DNA of 64,000 bases from Camelus ferus (taxonomy: Eukaryota): NCBI RefSeq assembly GCF_009834535.1, contig NC_045696.1, positions 96,722,001 to 96,786,000 on the forward strand. Reading direction: 5' to 3'. The notes beneath the pieces were generated by a model. That model saw nothing but the letters and a program-made list of their open reading frames with translations. It was not told where the DNA came from and made no database searches. Positions 1 through 14,634 of the stretch are shown here, one piece after another (the first letter of the stretch is position 1; the number at the start of each line of letters is the position of its first letter). The translations under genes and the position numbers were made by a program.

Positions 1-2710
1 AGGTTTGAGCTCCTTCTTTAAAAATGAAGAACTGGGATTTTAAAAAGACGATCTCCAGAAAGATGAACATTTAATCAGAGCTATTGTGGGTAGAGGAGAG
101 TGGTAATCTTTCAAAGGGACTGAGGAGAGGACAGAAGTCACTCTCCAAAGAGGAAAAAAAAAACTGAAATACATTTTACTGAGAAAAGTACAGATGTGAG
201 CAAGAGGAAAAGTGAATGAAGTCTTCTCAGATCTTCCAGTTTTCTATTTCAGCCCATCTTGGGGCACTGCTACATTCCTTCCTTTGGAATATAATACTAT
301 TCCTTTAGTAATTATAAATGCATTTCCAAATGTGTTGTTCAAACCAGTTCAAACTGGTTTCTCCACAGGCATGTTAAGAATTTCAACTAATAGTTCCCCC
401 TTTCTGTACCCCTAATCAGGAAGATATTTTGTAAACACCTTTCTAACTGCCAACAGCACTAACCACTCCAACAGTTCAATGATCATTGAAAACTGTATTT
501 CAATCTTTATTTTTTCTTGCTCTGTTTAGTAGACGAGGTAGTAACAGACATTTGTCTGGTGCATCACCTGGCTCCCTAAGCGTTTTAAGCAATGAAATCT
601 GAACAAGTTGCTCTATAAACCACATAAGAACAAGATACTCTGAGAGTGAACAGACTAATCCGATAAATGCTTTTTAAAAAAATTAAAACAGTGTTCACAC
701 ACTTTCAATGAAGGTCAAAATACAGACCAGAACTTTTTTTAAAGTTGCAAAACAGCTCTGAACAGGTGTAAGATTCTCAGGTTTAGGAACTGTACTATAT
801 GAAATCAAGTGAGTTCCCATTCCAGCTGCCTCACTCTTGGAGCACTACAGTGGCCATTGTAGTGAAAACAGACACGTACAGAAAATATGCCTAACACGGC
901 TTGTAAGATTCCCGGCTTCTTCACTGAGTTTATTCCAAAGAGTTAATAAACCTGAAATTCAATTAATGATCTGTTTTTATTCTCTTCATTCTTTGTGTCA
1001 TATTCTTGAGGTCACTAGTTTCTGTATACCTTTGGCATAACATTTTAGGAAATCTTTGCTGCAGACTGTTCCACAAAGAATTTATAAACTGTGTAAGTTC
1101 CTCAGCTCTTCCTGAGAAAGGAATTTTCTCTCTTTACTCTGGAAAGCATTTCTCATTAACAGATTTATAAGGTATGTAGCCACTCAGTAAAAGTGACTTA
1201 ATAAAAGCATCCAACAAATGATGACTTATCTGCAATCTGCAGGAATTTTTGTCTCATCTTAAAATATTTTATATGACTTCATGTTTTTACGATTTTCAAT
1301 TCATTTTTAAAAATTGAGGTATAAATCACATTCCATAAAAGTCATCCTCAGTGCACTTTTAAAAGTTGTTAAAGAGTGATTAAAAAAACATACGTATAAC
1401 ATATTCTATTCTACACTAATTCACTAGCCAATCTAGAGACGTCTCTTGGCTGCTTTACTGCTTTCTTGTTTGCTTTATACTTTTACCTGTTGGTTGTGTG
1501 TAGATTGACCTCACACAACACTAGAATAAACTCAATAAAAAAAACTAGGAATCTTAGAAAACCACCAACAGGAGTATTAAGCATGTGTCAGCGAATCAAA
1601 GCAGCAGGAAGAGGACTGGGAATAATACAATGAATTCTGAAAGTTTAGCCTCACCAGTAGGGATGGAGGCCAAGTCAAGAAGGTCACTGAGAGCAGAGTA
1701 TGTTCAAAACTGAATTGCTACATATGTATGTACGTGTATGACTGAAACATTACGCTGTATACCAGAAATTGACACAACACTGTAAACTGATTATACTTCT
1801 ATTTTTAAAGTTAAAAAAAAAAATCAAACTGAAGTGTTACATGTATCATATTCTATGCCTAACAGCTAACAAATGGAAGCAGAAGCCAACCAGGTAAAAA
1901 CTCGTCTGAAAGGAGTATCAGGAAACACCAATTTATATTCCATTAGGAATTTTGTTATGTCCAGGCCAAACATAGTGGACTACCACAGGATTGTACTCAT
2001 TTTTTCAATAAATATTGACTGATGGTAGGTACTGTTTTAGGCTCTGGAGATAAAGCAGTAAGCAAAACAGACAAAAATCTATGCGTTTCCGGTGCTGACA
2101 ACATTCTAATGAGGAAGAGAGTAAGCTGGTTAACAGTCAAGCGGAGAGGATACAGTTCACCAATTGATAATATCTGAAGCCGTTTCTCTTGTTTTGCTTG
2201 AGAAATAGGGGGAAAAAACACTTGAGGGACTACAGAAAAAAATGTAACAAATTGAAAGAGCAGAAACAGTGAATAAATGATTCAAAATAAGAGCTTATAT
2301 CCAAAAATATTCTGCAAGAAGAAGAAAAGAATTATAAAAGAGATGAAGACTGTAAGAAATCTCAAAACCAAAATGCAGAATTAAAAAATATATCTTGAGG
2401 CCCTGAAGAAGAAAATTCATGGGTGGAAAAATGAATCAGTGATAGAACATAAATAATAAACAAAAATTTTTGTTCCTGTATGACTGAAGCATTGTGCTGT
2501 ACAACAGAAACTGACACACTGAAAACTGACTATACTTCAATAAAAATATATAAAAAAAAAAAAAGACAGAAGATATGAATAGTATCATTAACTAAAGATT
2601 CCATAAATACATCAGGTTTTTTTTTTCCCCTATAGAAAACACTCTGAGACCACAGAACATTTACAACAATTGACCATCTATGTCAGGTCACAAAGAAAGC
2701 CCAATAAGTA

Positions 2711-3105
2711 TGGGGAGGAAGAATACTGCCTGCCACCTAGGTAAACAAAGAATGTTGCAGCCATCAACCACTGCAGACACCCACAAATGTGCAACATGAG
2801 GGAATTCAAGACAGAGAAAAACAGGATACTGGCCCTAGATAGTTAAGATGCTTATCAAAAGAATGATTTCAATAAGCCCAGACTCTTGCATCTTCCCATA
2901 CTTAGGAAAGTTGTAAATCCATTACCTTGAGATGCCTGGTTTTCTTTAATTAACAGTAATCTTCTGATGTTCCTACTACCTGTTTTTTTTGCAAAATCTC
3001 CTATATATCCTGGCTTCTCCCTTACCTGTTCGTAACAGTCCCTCAGGGTTGAGAGGCTGTCTCCCAGGCTTAAGTCCTCCGTGCGTTCACCAAATAAAAC
3101 ATAAC
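2711..3105 (+). mobile_element. ERV1-like LTR remnant
   Basis: LTR-like layout with a TATATA box near 3002 and AATAAA near 3093; interrupts old L1-like sequence. Confidence 0.6.
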
Positions 3106-6100
3106 AGCTAATGACACATTCTCTAATTATAGTGCAATAAACTGAAAGAATTTTAAAACCGAATACACTTCAAGATCTTCTAGTAGGAGTATTAACCAGT
3201 TTAACTACGTCAAAATTTTAAATGTGATACCCACTGACATAATCATAATATTTTATATCTATGGATTTAGTTTTTGGAAATAACTGGACAAATACAGTCA
3301 CCTTAAAGTAATTTTATGAGAAATTATGACCAACCTAAATGTTAAGCAAACTAAAGATTTAGTGGCTTAAGTAAACTGCAGAATACCCATCTTACAGAAA
3401 ACTATGCCTGTTCAAAAAAAGCATACAACTATGAATTCATTAATATAAAATTATATAATATAGCATGTATCTGTGTAAAGAGTCAGCTTGAATGAAGTTC
3501 TTCAAAATATTATTAGAACGTTCCAAGGATTTTTCACTTTCTTCCATGTATTTTTTTATTATTTTTACAACAAACGTGTTATTTCATAGCCAGAAAGCTA
3601 TTTTAATTTTTTTTACACTGAAAGTCAGTAAGTAAAGTTTTCAAAGATTTATTTACTGAAGTTCCTATTACAGCATTAAAGACAATACAAATAATAAATT
3701 ACGACAACTAGCACTTGATAAATGGTAGTAGCAGATACACTGTGCTAGGTGTTTTAACTGATTATCTAACTCCAGCTCTCCTCATTTCCTGTCTCCTCCC
3801 TCTCTCTGCTGAGTCAGGCTGCATTTGCATATGTTCTTCCTTTAGCTAGAAAAGCTCACTCTTTGTATCTCCTGATGGAGTTCCCCATACCCTTTAAAAT
3901 TTCATTTCCTCCTCTGCAAAGCCTTCCAACTCCCTCAAATAGGTAATCTTTCTTTCCTCTGGGTTTTTAAGACCTCTTTTAGAGGTCTCAAAATAGAATA
4001 TTTTACTGTAATACTGTTTACAAGTCTGTTTCTCTCACCAGACAACTGGTTTTCAAATGTTAATGTAAAAATCAAATTCATATCTTCCTAAGAATTGGAC
4101 AAAACAGGAAAACAAGTAGCAGGAGAAAAGGGGCATAAAAAACAAGGACTTGATTATCGGCAGTTCTTGCTAAACCTATGTGGCAAGATTTCTTCCTCAC
4201 CAATCCCAGGCTGTGCGCCAATCAAGGTAAAGTATGTGAAAACACGGTTTCCCATTTTGGAAAGCAGGGAAGGTGACAATCAAATGAACCAGAGGGCTCC
4301 AATGATACTCTTAAGTGACAAAGATTGAAATGAAACGCACACGCATGCTTTTACTTTTTTATTTTAAGCTTCAAGAATATTAGAGGTAATCAGAATGCAA
4401 CCAACATCCTCATTTTACAGATGAAAAAATTGAGAGTTAAAAAGATTAAATAATTTCCCAAAAGTCATTCAGAAGATAAAAGGCAGATCAAATAAGAACC
4501 TAGGCCTCCAAACTGCTAGACCAGTAAATGCTCAGCTTCCCAGTAACGATACTATTCAAAATTTATGAGGTGATTTATGAGGTTTCTAAATGATACATTA
4601 AAGTTGATTTCCACCACTTATCTTAGTGACAAACTGTAAGGAAACAATGTTTCAGTTTTCTATAAGAGGGATAAACCTTTAAAACCATTCATATTTTACT
4701 TACATCTAAAAGCTTTAGACTAAAGTACTTCATTCATTATTAAGAAGAAAAACTATTATGTGCACAGTATTCAGTTAGATACAGCAGTTATTTATTGCTT
4801 AAAATGGTTAAAAAAAAACTAAATGGTGACTAAATTCTATGTAAACATTACAGAACTTAAAAAATCTATCAATGGCGGGGCAGCAGCCACCATTTTATTT
4901 GTTCTCTAAAGCGTTCTACTACTACTCTGCCACCTGATCAACTTCTTATTACTCTTTTATTCCACTGATTCCAAGAAGTACATTCTTCCTATTTAGCATC
5001 TTTTTTTAAAAAAAATCACGATTTATCTTATAATTATTAGCATCACAAATTAAATGGCTGTTTTTTTTTTCCTTCTGAGTGGTATATAAAATAATGGTGT
5101 ATCTTACAATCCATCATATCTTAGGTTTGGAGAAATATAACTGTTATTTAAGTTTTTAGTTACAGTTATTGTGGCTATTTTGGGGAGATGAAAATCTCTT
5201 TCTAGGATTTTCCCCTGACTGCTGTGTTTTCAGTTTTAAAAATTCAGGATTCTTTCTCCTCCCTCTCACCAAAAAAAATAAAATAAAATAAAAAAATAAA
5301 AATTGTCTCCTTTAATTCTTTACCACTACAGTGAAAGGTACAGTACCGCTCCAGAACTCAGAAGTCATCTTTGACACCTCTCACTCCACATCACCTCTCT
5401 GTCCCCTCAAATATGTAATCACCAACAAAAACAGCTAAATTTATCTCCTAAGGATCTCTTAAACCTGTCCTTTTACTTCTGCCACGACCTTCCTATTCCA
5501 AGTGCCACTGTCTCTTGCCTGGGCAATTCCAAGAGTCCCCCTAAATGGTCTCCCCACTTCTATTCTTTGTCCCCTGTAATGTCTTTTCCACAGTGACACT
5601 GATTTTTCCTTAACATAGCCAGCCACACCTTCCAGGCTTTATGCCACCTTCTCTTTGGTCTTTGAGGGCTAAGCCTTGGCCTCAAAAAATTATGCTCTCT
5701 CCTACTACAAGGCCACTAAATAAATCTTATCCTTCAAATCTCAGTTCAAAGTTCATTTCCTCAAGGAAACCATCCCTGAGTCCCTGACTTGGTCTCTCTC
5801 ATGCCATATTACTTTCCAACAGCACTAAACACAACTGTAATTTCATGTGTTGTCCATGGATTAACAACTGCTTTCCACTCTTGCCTTTAACATCCATGAG
5901 AGCACTGAACTGAATTCCCAGCACCAGGCAAAGCACCTGCACAGAGCTGGTGCTCAAAAATTTGTTGAATATACAAATATTGTCTAAGTAACTAACATGA
6001 TCTCTATAACTTACAATTTCTCGGATTTCTCCAATTCAACATTTTACTAATCCTGATCAGTACCAGATCTTTATTTTCTTGCCTCCATATCATGAAAGTA

Positions 6101-6741
6101 AAGGCTAAACTGGTATAAATTTAAATAAAAATCTGTTCTTCTAGTAGTTGCTTCATTTACCTTTTAAAACTGCATTTAGAAATTGGTTGTCCTAAGATTA
6201 TAGCAGTGGATTCTTAAGTTAGCAAAAATTGGAAAATCCTGCTATACTCTGCTTACATGTTGAAACCCTAACTTTATTTAATCTACTATTCTAAGTAAAT
6301 CAATTGTCAAATGTTCAAATAAGTATTAATCATAAAGAGCTGTAGCCAGTAATCTCTTTACACTGCAACAAATGATGAAATGCTACAGGCCTGATTACAT
6401 GTCAAATCACATATATGGGGAAAATCATGCATACAGATATGTCAAACAGTATCTGTCAGAATATATTTACACATAAAAATCACAAGAAAGAAAAATGTGA
6501 CACGTGAATTTTATTTTAAGATCTGATTAGAGAACTTCATTTTTTATGCTCAATGCTTAAACGTCCAAATAAGTAGTATAAACTTTCCCCCAAATATGCA
6601 ATCAGTATCGTCAAACTTATCTAACTCAATTGCTCAATCAACTGACATAATAAACTGAACACTCAGGTACATAAAGTAATACTGTGCATCTCTGTAGGCT
6701 TTGCGGGGAGCCGTATCTGTCTTCTTCACCATGGTATCTTT

Positions 6742-6955
6742 TTTTTTTTTTTTTTTTTTGAGTAAAGGTAATTTAAAGAGTAAAGGTAATTTAATATTTT
6801 TTTTGAGTAAAGGCTATATAGAGTGCTGACTGTTTCAGAAGGCAAGAGAAAGGCCACGAGGTGTGGGGTTTGAGTGCTCAGGTTAAAGTAAAAGTAGATA
6901 CACACTCCATAGACAGAGTGTGGGCCGTCTGTGAAGACGAGGGAGTGAGAGCCGC
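6742..6955 (-). mobile_element. Short polyadenylated retroelement with an LTR R-region-like body
   Basis: Poly(T) at 6739-6759 on the plus strand. TSD CTTCACCATGGTATCTTT (6724-6741) and CTTTACCACGATATCTTT (6956-6973). Confidence 0.75.
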
Positions 6956-7278
6956 CTTTACCACGATATCTTTAGCTCTGGGCACAAGCAGGTATTGAAT
7001 GAGTATTTACTGAAAAAATACATGAATGCAGAATTGGAAAGTTTGTTTTACTCTATTTTGTATACTTGATCTCTATCCCTTCAGTTCCATATATGTGTTG
7101 TGTTATTTTATTTTATTAGCAATAACAAAAGTGGCACAATTAACAGATAATATCTTGACATAAAGTTAAAAAAAGACTACTCATAATAAATACAAAATAA
7201 TAACGGACAAAAGCAATTGAAAGGAAAGTAAAAATAGTTCTCTCCTTTGTTAACGTTGGTAGTTAATGAAAAGTCGCA

Positions 7279-7407
7279 GGAGGATTGCTACAGCTTAGTG
7301 GTAGAGCACATGTTTAAGATGCACAAGGTCCTGGGTTCAATCCCCAGTAGCTCCATTAAAATAAATAAATAAACCTAATTATCTCCCCCTCAAAATTAAA
7401 AAAAATT
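7279..7407 (+). mobile_element. tRNA-derived SINE (camelid vic-1-like)
   Basis: A box AGCTTAGTGG, B box GGTTCAATCCC, AT-rich tail, TSD AAAAGTCGCA / AAAAGTTGCA. Confidence 0.85.
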
Positions 7408-8929
7408 AAAAGTTGCATTTTTTAAGCACTTAGATTTCAAATGGAATAAAAAGAGTTTTCACATATTTATCTTCAATTGTCTTAGCTTCCTCTCCTTTCC
7501 CAAACTTGTAAATGAATGCCCAAGAGATTCTACCAAAACCAGAAACCAAATATTCACTTTACTATGTACCAATTAATCTCTGGGGGGAAAAGCAACAAAC
7601 AAAAGCTAAATGTACCTGTATTTGGTAGGGCATAGGGCATGTTTCCCATCTACAGAGGGAAAAAAAACAGTGAAGCACTTTTGTATGTAACATGCTCAGC
7701 GTGACTAAAAGAGAATACTTTTAAGACTTTTGGGACAAGTTTGTACTTTTGCACTTAAAAAAAACAAAAACCAAGTATCAAAAAAGTTCAACTGACGTAC
7801 TTAAGACTTTTTCAAAAGTTGTATTTGAAGGACTGAATGCCTTTCCCTATAACTGTTAACACATTTTCTGAATTTTGATAAGGTACATTTGTTACATTAT
7901 AGTGACAAGTATTCCAATACAAGCAACCGTAAAAGAAGAATATTTTGGAAAAGCACAAGTGAAACCATAGGAAATAGAAAATTACATAACTTGAGAAATG
8001 CAGTCTTTTTTTTTTTTTTTAACTATTTAAACCCAAAAGTATCACACTTTATCTAACATTATTTACAGGTTGGTAAAATGACTGTCACTTTCTAATGGAA
8101 AAAATATATATATATGGGGAAAAAAGTCAGAATGGTCAAGCTATAACTTCCATTTACAGTATCATATGAAAGATGACATACCATGATATAATGCCGGCAC
8201 ACACAAACAGTACAGGGAGCTTTTTTTTAATCAGAAAGTAATTGCAAGGTTTTTATTTTCTCTACTCAAAAACAAATACTTGCCATCTTATTTTCTGACT
8301 CTCTTTAAACATTACTTAAATTGATTTAATTTTAAAGCTTTGCTCAGTCCTTAAGAATTAAGCAAAAAACTGGTTGAGTAAGCAAAAAAATCTAAACTTT
8401 AGTACACATAGCAATACAAGAAGTTTGAAAAAGCTGATTTTAAACGCATTATGGCGAACAGCAATATTCCAAAGTATCCGGACTCTTAAGATTTACTAAT
8501 CTGACCATCCTATCCTGAACAAACGTCATCTTTCGAGATACAGAATTCTAATTTCCACAATTTTACAATTTTGGTTTCTTGTGGGGCTTTACTGCTCTGC
8601 TTCTAACACTTAACTAGGTAACAACAAAATCACTTACAGAACATTGTCGGAAACTGTCGGGTTTAGGGGGAAGGGTAATAGTTTTTCTCTACTTCTCTGA
8701 ATGCAGAAGAGAGTTGAAAGGCAGAAAGAGATGCCAGGACAGAGAACTCCAAGGAGGCGGGTGTAAGGGTAATGGGGGAGAAGAATCAGTCGTCTGGGAG
8801 CGAACGGTTGTCAGAAGAGCAATGTGCTCCTTTTCAAAGACATTTAGGAAATTGCAAACGGAAAATCATCCTCCCCGGACCTATCCACGCCTATCAGCTA
8901 TCAGAATCCCTACTCCCTCACTCAACAGT

Positions 8930-9810
8930 CACCCCCGCAGGTCCTGGAGAAAAAGGCGTCTGTCCTTCGCGGCCCTCCAACGACCCGAGTTAACCTCCAC
9001 CTAGCCCGCCAGCGAGGCCGCCGGGCACAACCCGCGGAAGGCGGAAGGAAAAGTGAACTGAGTGACAAACGCTGGAGCTCCTCCGCCGACACTGCGCCGA
9101 CTCATGCCCACCTCCGCAGGCAGCCGGGTGGCCATGGCGTGCCGCCGCCGACCGGTCCTCCGTACTGACAAGTGTCCCCACGTCTTCGCCTTTCAGTATT
9201 AACCTTCTCCTGCTCTCCTTCCCCATTCCCTCCATTCTAGGAACCAAAAAAGATGTGGGCGGTTGTGCTTGGAGGCAAGGAGGGCGGCCTGGCCGACCCC
9301 GGGAAGAGCCGCGGAAAAGGCAGGCAGCAAAAGGCCGCGGACACCGTTCTTCCGGACCAAGGAAGGGTCAGCCTTCTAGGCCGCGAAGCCAGGGCCTCGC
9401 GTACTGAGAGGTGCCGAGGAGAGGCGCCGTGGGGCGGCCCGGGCCCGGCGAACATACTCACCAAATCTGGAACTTGAGCAGCGGCCCCGTGGCGTACTGC
9501 ATCTTTAATCTCTTGCTAGGCACGCCGCCCAGGTTGGCCGAGGCATCGCTCCGGACCACCGCCGACGCCGCCACCAGGAGAAGTAGCAGAAGTCTCATCT
9601 TAAACGAGCCAGCCACTTCGGCCGCCCTCACACTGAGACTGCAGTCAGCCCAAGGCCGAACGGGAGCCGCGAGCCGCTCCCTACCGCGCAGGCGCGATCT
9701 GCCAAGGTCGGGCGGGGAAGCAGGAATGCGCCTGCGCTTCCCGGCGCCAGCGCACGCTCCGGGAGAGAGAGCTGACCCTGTTACGCGGTCCTGACCCACC
9801 ATCTTGGATG
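8930..9810. promoter_or_regulatory. SELENOT: CpG island / SELENOT promoter and first exon
   Basis: GC- and CpG-rich block. GC box GGGCGGGG near 9710, NRF1-like TGCGCCTGCGC at 9727-9737, YY1-like CCATCTTG near 9799-9806. Confidence 0.85.
9462..9598 (-). CDS. SELENOT: Selenoprotein T, coding exon 1 (signal peptide up to the Cys of the CVSU redox motif); downstream exons lie outside the window
   Basis: Translates MRLLLLLLVAASAVVRSDASANLGGVPSKRLKMQYATGPLLKFQI + TG, then a GTGAGT donor at 9461. 137 nt, inside a CpG island. No exon-2 sequence seen in 1-9461. Confidence 0.97.
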
Positions 9811-11151
9811 TGTGAGGAGTCTCTGGGATGGAGTGAGATGAGCAGGGAGGAAACGAAACAGCTGGTGGGATGTTAGACGAGCCTGTTAATTATAGCTCCT
9901 GGTACACTTGGGTTGTACATACAATTTCATGTAATTCAGACACTTAGCTCCTTGAGCCATTTAGGAATACCTATTTAACAGCTTTGATTCAGGTGTGGGG
10001 ATAAAAGAGAAAGCCCCTGCCTTCCAAACAGTAATGCTTCACTGTTGGGAGGGGCGCGCGCGCTCTGGCCTTTTCTTTGAACTTGCAATAGTGCTCTCTC
10101 CTAAAAGAATATTTTTTTTTAAAAGCCTTTTGGAAAATTTCAATCATATAGAGGAACGGAATAATGACCTTACTCATTAATGACCTTTAACAAGTATTGG
10201 TGTTTTGACAATCTTGACCGTAAACAGTATAAGCTCTAATCACTTCTCCCCCAGGGAAGAGAATGTCAGACGTATCACTTCATCTATAGATATTTAAGCA
10301 TGTAGCTTTAAAAAATAACTAATCTTTGAGGGAAAGAAAAACTGACCTTGCCATTATCCCGCTTGAAAAAAAATTATTGCTTAATACCGAAATATCTGGT
10401 GTTCAAATTTCTCTAGTCTTAATAAATATTTTTGTATTGTTCATTTGTCCAAATCAGGACCAAAATAAAATTAAATCATTGCCATTGGTTGATATGTCTT
10501 TCAGGTCCCAACAATGTCTTTAAGGTCAAGAATATAATAGGAATTGAAAAAGTTTCATTTATTATTTATTGCAGCTATGCAGAACACAGACCACAGGGAA
10601 TCAGTGGGAGTCTCAGTAATTATAGTATCTGAGCCTTGAGTGATTTATGATTTGGGGAAAAGTATTGGGGGTCGCAATGGAAAATTTAACCATTTTTTAA
10701 AATAAAGCCTCAGAATTAATAAATATTGGTCATTCTGGATCACTGAACACAAGTATTGCAATTATGAAATACTTCAGCTATGAGTTCAAGAAACATTTGA
10801 AAACGAAGTTCTCAGTAAGTGTGTATGCCCATAGTTCCTCATACCCAATAGCTTGAGTGCAGTGCATGATCACAAATTGTTTCCTAATTTAAGGAACATT
10901 TTACAATAGTTTTTAGCTCACTTAAACTTTAAGTGACTAAAACAAATCTATATCTTAGGACAGAAGAACTGCAAAACCAAAATCTTAAAAATGTTTTCAG
11001 TAGTCACATTGATTTTTATTTTGTTTGTATTATTATTTGAAACAAATTCCCCTAAAAAACTGAGTTCTTCTGCCAAGGTTCTGAGTAACCTCTCTATCCA
11101 AAACTGTATTCCCTTTCTTGTTCCACCTCTGTACCCTTGAGGATTGCGAAG

Positions 11152-11820
11152 TATCAAAGAAAATCAGGAATTAAAACTTAGCAGAAGCCTGCAGGGCCTT
11201 TCCAGGTACAAAAGCCCATCCATGTACACTATTTCTTGTTTGTAGAAAAAAGGCTTTAGTCTCCTAGGCCTTCCCCAAGTTCCAAAGGGCAGACTCAAGG
11301 AGTTACTAATTAGAGAAGTGAGGGAATGCAGAAACAAAGGAAATCAGTCAAGCAAGAAAAATAATACCTTAAACTGTAGAGTCACAGGACTCCTAGTTCT
11401 TCCTGAAGGGACATACATAACAATCTGATGTATATCTCTGTGTTATCCTGCAGAAACTCAGACCCCTCCCAACCAGGTGGAGGACGGTGACTACATGCTG
11501 ATCACTAGTACATGGACCCCAGACAGGTTGGAACCAGAAGGTTGATGATTAAGATTCCCAAAACATCACCCTGACGACCAACCAACCAGAAGAAAGTCCA
11601 CAAGCTGATGACGCACCCTGCAACCCTCATGGCTAATGCTGCCTTTAAAAATCCTTTCCTGAAAGCTGTCAGAGAGTTCAGGTTTTTTGAGCATTAGCTG
11701 CCTATTCTCCTTGCTTGGAGGCCTGCAGTGCACACTGTACTTTCCATCACCACAACCTGTTGTCAGTGGGTTGGCTTTGCTGTGCATGGGGCTAGTGGAA
11801 CCCAATTTGGCTCAGTAACA
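11152..11820 (+). mobile_element. Solo ERV1-type LTR
   Basis: TTTAAAA TATA-like box near 11644, GAGCATTAGCTGCCTATTCTCCTTGCTTGG R-like segment, ends ...CAGTAACA. Confidence 0.7.
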
Positions 11821-11959
11821 TACTCTAAGACTGTTGCATGTAATGTGAAATAAAGCAAATAATTGATTATATTGGCATCGATAGGAATGGAACTTTTTGG
11901 AGTAGAAGGAAACAGTTTTAAGTTAGTGTATTAAAAAATACATCATGAGAGAGCATTTT

Positions 11960-12460
11960 TTAATTAAAAAAACTATTAGAAATTCTTTGCAACAATGAAT
12001 TAGAAATGTGATTATTTCAATAGAATTTGATACAATTTACTTCATTAATTTCTCAACAAACTTAGAAGGAAATTTCTTTAACCTGATAAAAGGCATCTAA
12101 CAAAAAGTGCAAACATCATATTTAACTTGAAACATTAAATTCTGAGGAAATTCCCGTTTCAGTCAGGAACAAGTTAAGCATTCTGACTCTCACTGCTCAT
12201 ATTCAGCATTGTGCCAGATTGTATAACTGTGCACTAGTGAATTTAGTAAAACATGAAGAAGAATTAAAATGGGTAAGTACTACAAAGAAAGAAACAAAAC
12301 TACAGCTGTTTGCAAACAATATGATTATATACGTAGAAAACCAAAAACAATCAATTGAGAAATTTTGAGTATAGCAAGGTTGTTGGATACATCACAGTTT
12401 ACAAAAATCAATAATTATCCTTTATCAACAATTTAAAAATGTAATTTTTAAGAAGGTACC
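11960..12460 (+). mobile_element. Old L1 ORF2 fragment
   Basis: Degenerate RT-region motifs (TTTGCAAACAATATGATTATATACGTAGAAAACC, TAGCAAGGTTGTTGGATAC). Confidence 0.65.
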
Positions 12461-12462
12461 CC

Positions 12463-13266
<804 letters not shown>

Positions 13267-14617
13267 TACCCATTCTTCAAAGCCAACTCACTGTATGTTC
13301 AGTGAAGTCTATCTTCAGTGCTTCCTGCTCTCTGCCCCTGAAGCACTCAGCACTGACCGCCTACTTATTATATTTTGTTGTAATCAGTTATTACTACGTG
13401 AGACTCTTCTCCTCTTAGCTGAGCCTGGCAAGGGCAAGGACTGTCATTCTTCCTTGTAGTCCCAGTCATCATGGATTTCTTGAAATAATAACAGTAAGAT
13501 GAGAACAAATAGTATCAGCTACTGTCTATCGAGTGCTTACTATATACAAGGTGCTATTAAGGGCTTTACCTATGTTAATTTATTAATTAATTACCAACAC
13601 AGAGAAAATAATGTTTGAATGTGTGCATGTCATGGATGGTTAAGATTTTAAACAGTTAAGAAGAGAAAATAAACAAAAGCCAAGAGAGGGGTCACTGCAT
13701 GACTGCTGTGCTGAAGGGGAGTTCCACTAGGGGATGAATGGGAAACCAGACTGGGAATGTAAGTGAGGTAGATTGTGGAAGACCTTGAATGCCAGGCTAA
13801 GCAGTTTAAACTTTTTTCCTATAGAAAGTGGGAGCTATTGAAGATTGGCAGCCTTATCAAAGCATTTGTCTTAGGAAGACTGATACAGTAACTGTGTGCA
13901 TAATGATTGAAGTAAGGAGTGTCTCAAGGTAGGAAGTCATATATAACAGGAGACAGTAACTGCAGAACAATCATTACAAACCACCTGACAGGAGCACAAA
14001 ACAGGGCACAAGGAATAATTAGACTTGGTGAGTTTTTGAGGAAAGTCTTCTTCAAGAAGATCACTGCAGGGTAAGAAATATCTCAACTGGGAACAATAAG
14101 ATGTGCAAAAGTAGGCAAGTGGAGAATCTCATTAATCCTAGGTTTCCACTGCTGGGGCTCAGACGTGGGGGGTCTGGCTGGCAGACAGACAGATGTGTAT
14201 CTGGATGTGGGTGGGGGGACATGGAATGCATCCTTCTGGGAAATGGTGCATTTTGAGAGAAGAAGGAGCCAAACAACAAGAGCCCAGGCAGCAACGGAGC
14301 GCAGGTCTCTGGGAGAAAGATGATTCCAACACCAGCATAAGGACAGTCACTCAGATTGTATCCCCATCCCAGCCCAAATAGATTTAAAAAAATGACAGGT
14401 CTAAAAGTCTAAAAATTCAGCACAACATTGGAACCCCAGAAGTATAGTTTTTAACAACTCTCCCCCTGAAGAATACAATGCAAAGGGGAGAGACACATTC
14501 TCCATCTTATCCACGGACATAAATTATGGCGTGATGCTCTAGCACATCAGGACCGTGATACACTAAATGTGTCCAGATATTGAAAGAGATCCCAGTGCCT
14601 AGTGGAGCAACCCTAGT

Positions 14618-14634
14618 TGCCAGCAGAGGGCGGG
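14618..14634 (+). promoter_or_regulatory. Candidate CTCF site
   Basis: CCAGCAGAGGGCGG matches the core consensus CCASYAGRKGGCRS exactly. Confidence 0.55.

Noticed and set aside
7279..7355. tRNA-Ala-like sequences here and at about 20.6k, 38.5k, 46.1k and 50.2k as tRNA genes
   Set aside because: Degenerate stems, shared AT-rich tails and TSDs mark them as SINEs.
1..9461. SELENOT exon 2 (Sec UGA codon) or SECIS element
   Set aside because: No matching sequence seen; the region appears to be all intron 1.
8714..9794. Several ORFs overlapping the SELENOT CpG island
   Set aside because: GC-rich, stop-poor sequence; only exon 1 has a recognisable product and a splice signal.
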